Of a stretch of DNA of 64,000 nucleotides, positions 62,701 through 64,000 are shown piece by piece; the stretch's first letter is position 1, and each line of letters begins with the position of its first letter. The stretch is from Lachnospiraceae bacterium. Lineage in GTDB: Bacteria > Bacillota > Clostridia > Lachnospirales > Lachnospiraceae. A model generated the notes under the pieces. That model ran no database searches, was not told the DNA's origin, and worked only from the letters and a program-made list of their open reading frames with translations. The translations under genes and the position numbers were made by a program. The stretch covers positions 17,515 to 81,514 of the forward strand of contig JAZQOC010000037.1 of assembly GCA_045627645.1 (NCBI GenBank), read 5' to 3'.

Positions 62701-63237
62701 GTTCTTAGCCCTGATTGCTTCAACCTCTGCAGCCTTCGCCTTTGCTTCTGCTTCCTTCGCATTTTCCTCTGCGAGCTGTTCTTTTGCCCACTTTGTCTCT
62801 GCTGTAGCTTCTGCCACCGTTTTCTCCTCTGCTGCCCTGGCCTCTGCAATACGCTTTTCCTCTGCCGCCCTAGCCTCTGCCGCTTTTATATCCGCAATTG
62901 CAACAAACGGTTCATCATCCTCAACCTTTTCAGAATCATCTCTGTAAGCCCAGCTTACGTCTGGCTTTTCTTCGTCTGGAAGTTCTGCCATTTCGGCATC
63001 CTTCTTTTCGTCGGCAGCCATAAGAAATTCTTCCGGAATGTAGTTGAGTCCGCTTGTAAGACCGTCAAGAATCACCTTGTCTTCCTTCTCCTTCATGTCA
63101 TCGGAGAATCCCCTTGCAAAGTCATATTTCTTGCCAGTTTCTGCATCTACCTCAAGATTATCCAGTTCTCTTTTTACATCCAACTGAGACCAGTTCTGAG
63201 TTGAATCTAAATCAATAAACTCTCTGTCGTCACCCAT
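59785..63237 (-). CDS. Large bitopic GH25 muramidase: cytoplasmic acidic/coiled-coil region, TM, Ig-like region, Cys repeats, Pro/Ser linker, cell-wall-binding repeats, GH25
   Basis: ~420-aa acidic N-terminus; one TM helix; ATC..G..C..CG repeats; (PS/PT)n; TGWQ...YYFD repeats; GIDVSKWNG...FLDVED...WQYSS. Confidence 0.9.
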   Translation of the reverse strand: MGDDREFIDLDSTQNWSQLDVKRELDNLEVDAETGKKYDFARGFSDDMKEKEDKVILDGLTSGLNYIPEEFLMAADEKKDAEMAELPDEEKPDVSWAYRDDSEKVEDDEPFVAIADIKAAEARAAEEKRIAEARAAEEKTVAEATAETKWAKEQLAEENAKEAEAKAKAAEVEAIRAKNLEEQARRIAEANASDDIVKANIEARKQAREAIAAENEAKIRAAAEAKKEAQKKAEEEMYKDSAGDAFSNQFLDLDDLEGPVMTKAERIAAANKNRHNVTEEIVVPKEVEAETVKPADDVISEVTYEMDEVEQAQIVSQIEEEKTLSTGDTGVIYFDDDGEPINQEPVKTESKKAKAAVSASEGYAAWADGNAEEEVEVVRRKKKKKKKRPEVVEEEIDDEDDMMMYMGFFDRVVAFFKNMSGLDMLVMSTGVLVVIVAIITLVVYSSSRATQNKINEFGYLGENMQAIGLSGGSKLVAVADAKRALNEVVEEIIEEEEEENVEYNEKEEEKSISVTMTLTSVKKDLKIKFINAKTKKLVGNYEFKVDIEDNKGKKYSATDDDKDGIIYLNSVEPGKAKVSMVAMDNQDLKFSTETVTVTIKENIDYKKIDVSDEVKKESEINANKEDTAAGMATEGSLKDTVEWVESSKKLKDDAKLRKIGTKDLDNLPGVTPTPAATKSVSSMKTKKSLFDKLTDLFGMKAYASCETHTPDGGSVADEATCTKEGVLTFKCTVCGEETGTQPIAKIDHTWEYGAEVAATCIEDGYVPKKCSVCGTEDKDKKTDKLGHKFENGACTNPGCSEKDPSYVPSPSPTPSPSPSPTPSPTPSPVVSPSPSPAACVHKCGADGVCTKCGVVPADSTTALLCKGKAVYLDAEGKIAATYADYYKGTTTFYVKPEPSDMGGDSSDYIYTGWQELNGSTYYFDKNGNYVTGEQVIQGAKYNFDSTGALVKGSGTMGIDVSKWNGNINWTAVKNSGVSFVIIRCGYRGSSTGALVEDPKFKTNIKGATDAGLKVGIYFFSQAVTDVEAVEEASMAINLMKGYKVSYPVFLDVEDSGGRGDRIDANTRTQVIKAFCETVKNSGYTAGVYANKSWLNTKMNVGSLSSYKIWLAQYNTEITYTGKVDMWQYSSKGSVGGISGNTDMNLSYLGY
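60729..60816 (-). repeat. Low-complexity coding repeat (Pro-Ser/Pro-Thr linker)
   Basis: Repeated GGTGAT/GGTGTT/GGACTA hexamers encoding PSPSPTPSPSPSPTPSPTPSP. Confidence 0.85.
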
Positions 63238-63332
63238 TGTAAAAACTTACTCCATTTAATCAATATATTGTGCTTAATGTATATTTTCGCACCAATCTCT
63301 TGTGAAAGGCATAATTGCCCATATTCTTTTCG

Positions 63333-63361
63333 ATTATACCATTTACATAGAAGAAATACAA
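63333..63361 (-). promoter_or_regulatory. Strong sigA-type promoter for the GH25-rml operon
   Basis: TTGTAT-17 bp-TATAAT with extended -10 TGGTATAAT. Confidence 0.65.
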
Positions 63362-63377
63362 CCTTTGAAGGGGGCAT

Positions 63378-63420
63378 AAAGAAATACAGCGAAATCCTGT
63401 TTTTAACCAGAATTCCGCTG
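63378..63420 (-). terminator. Terminator after the small DMT genes
   Basis: Minus strand CAGCGGAATTCTG/CAGGATTTCGCTG, a 13-bp stem with two G-U pairs, followed by TATTTCTTT. Confidence 0.7.
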
Positions 63421-63498
63421 CATAAAACTCATCATTATTTATTTAATTCTTAACTCAAATTAGCTCATCAGCTAAATCTAGTTTCAGCAAGTCCTACT

Positions 63499-63837
63499 TT
63501 AAATCCCATACACCAGCATGCCAGCGATGATAATCACAATTCCAATTATTTTATTCTTAGTAAATCGTTCCTTAAAGAAAAAGTAAGACAATACCGGAAC
63601 AAGTACATATCCAAAGGCTTCTATAATCTGCACCGACATGTAGTTAATACCACGGTAGGCGAACATTGTCGCCAACACTGAAAGGAACATCAGCACATAT
63701 CCCGTAAAAACAGGAGGATTAAGGTAATCCCTTATGAAAGATATATGCGGTCTCATTGCTCCCTTTTTAAGAAGAATCTGAGAAAAACCTGCAATAGTAA
63801 CACTTATTACCGCAATGATAAGGTAGATATTAATCAT
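63499..63837 (-). CDS. Small 4-TM EamA/DMT transporter (ArnE/ArnF-like)
   Basis: 112 aa; SQILLKKGA, YLNP and FFKE....K..G..III.G. Confidence 0.82.
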   Translation of the reverse strand: MINIYLIIAVISVTIAGFSQILLKKGAMRPHISFIRDYLNPPVFTGYVLMFLSVLATMFAYRGINYMSVQIIEAFGYVLVPVLSYFFFKERFTKNKIIGIVIIIAGMLVYGI

Positions 63838-64000
63838 GGTTCATATCCTCCTTGTCATCTGCAGCAGTTTCCGCTGCATTCTCTTTAGATTTACCACTCC
63901 AGTTCACAACAACAGTCCCTATAACCACAAGAACTATCCCTATTCCCTGCTTAAGATTTATTTTTTCTTTAAAAATGATCAATGCCCAAAGCGCTGTCCA
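63830..64000 (-). CDS. C-terminal part of a second EamA/DMT protein; 5' end outside the window
   Basis: Manual translation ...WTALWALIIFKEKINLKQGIGIVLVVIGTVVVN...*; the stop overlaps the start of the next gene. Confidence 0.8.
   Translation of the reverse strand, partial: WTALWALIIFKEKINLKQGIGIVLVVIGTVVVNWSGKSKENAAETAADDKEDMNHD

Noticed and set aside
62413-63204. 263-aa plus-strand ORF rich in Cys/Leu/Phe
   Set aside because: Antisense to the E/A/K-rich region of the large GH25; its composition follows from the complementary codons.
63238-63330. c-di-AMP or c-di-GMP riboswitch in the GH25 leader
   Set aside because: The leader is only ~90 nt with one small GGCA/TGCC hairpin; conserved aptamer motifs are not seen. 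An Rfam scan would settle it.
63268-63453. 61-aa plus-strand intergenic ORF
   Set aside because: No RBS; it overlaps the minus-strand promoter and terminator.
39854-64000. Glycan locus as a recently acquired island
   Set aside because: No integrase, IS, tRNA or flanking direct repeats, and no obvious compositional break by eye.

Overview
A low-GC Firmicute chromosomal segment. Gene content and protein families suggest Lachnospiraceae, possibly rumen or gut (inference). Nearly all genes lie on the minus strand, and I see no rRNA, tRNA, CRISPR array, IS or prophage. The left two-thirds is mostly housekeeping: a 3'-truncated GH13 gene missed by the ORF track, an HPr-like gene, asnA, thiN, addAB, an NCS2 permease, glnS, guaB, dapF, hslO, hisC, a divergent clpX and htrA. 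It also holds c-di-GMP genes (an intact plus degenerate HD-GYP pair and a GGDEF-EAL protein), a GH36 alpha-galactosidase/esterase fusion and a surface protein with 5 His/Cys repeats mirrored by 5 Cys repeats. The right ~24 kb (39.8-64 kb) is a Wzm/Wzt-dependent, probably rhamnose-containing cell-wall polysaccharide locus: rmlB/A/C, wzm, wzt, a methyltransferase-kinase-like protein, five GT2 genes, pgm, a priming transferase and an LCP ligase. Two paralogous membrane-anchored GH25 muramidases are interleaved with the rml genes. Best candidates for undescribed biology: the nested 5+5 His/Cys repeat stalk protein, the GH25-in-rml arrangement, the WbdD-like capping module and the GH36-esterase fusion. 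All calls come from motif reading; no database searches were run.
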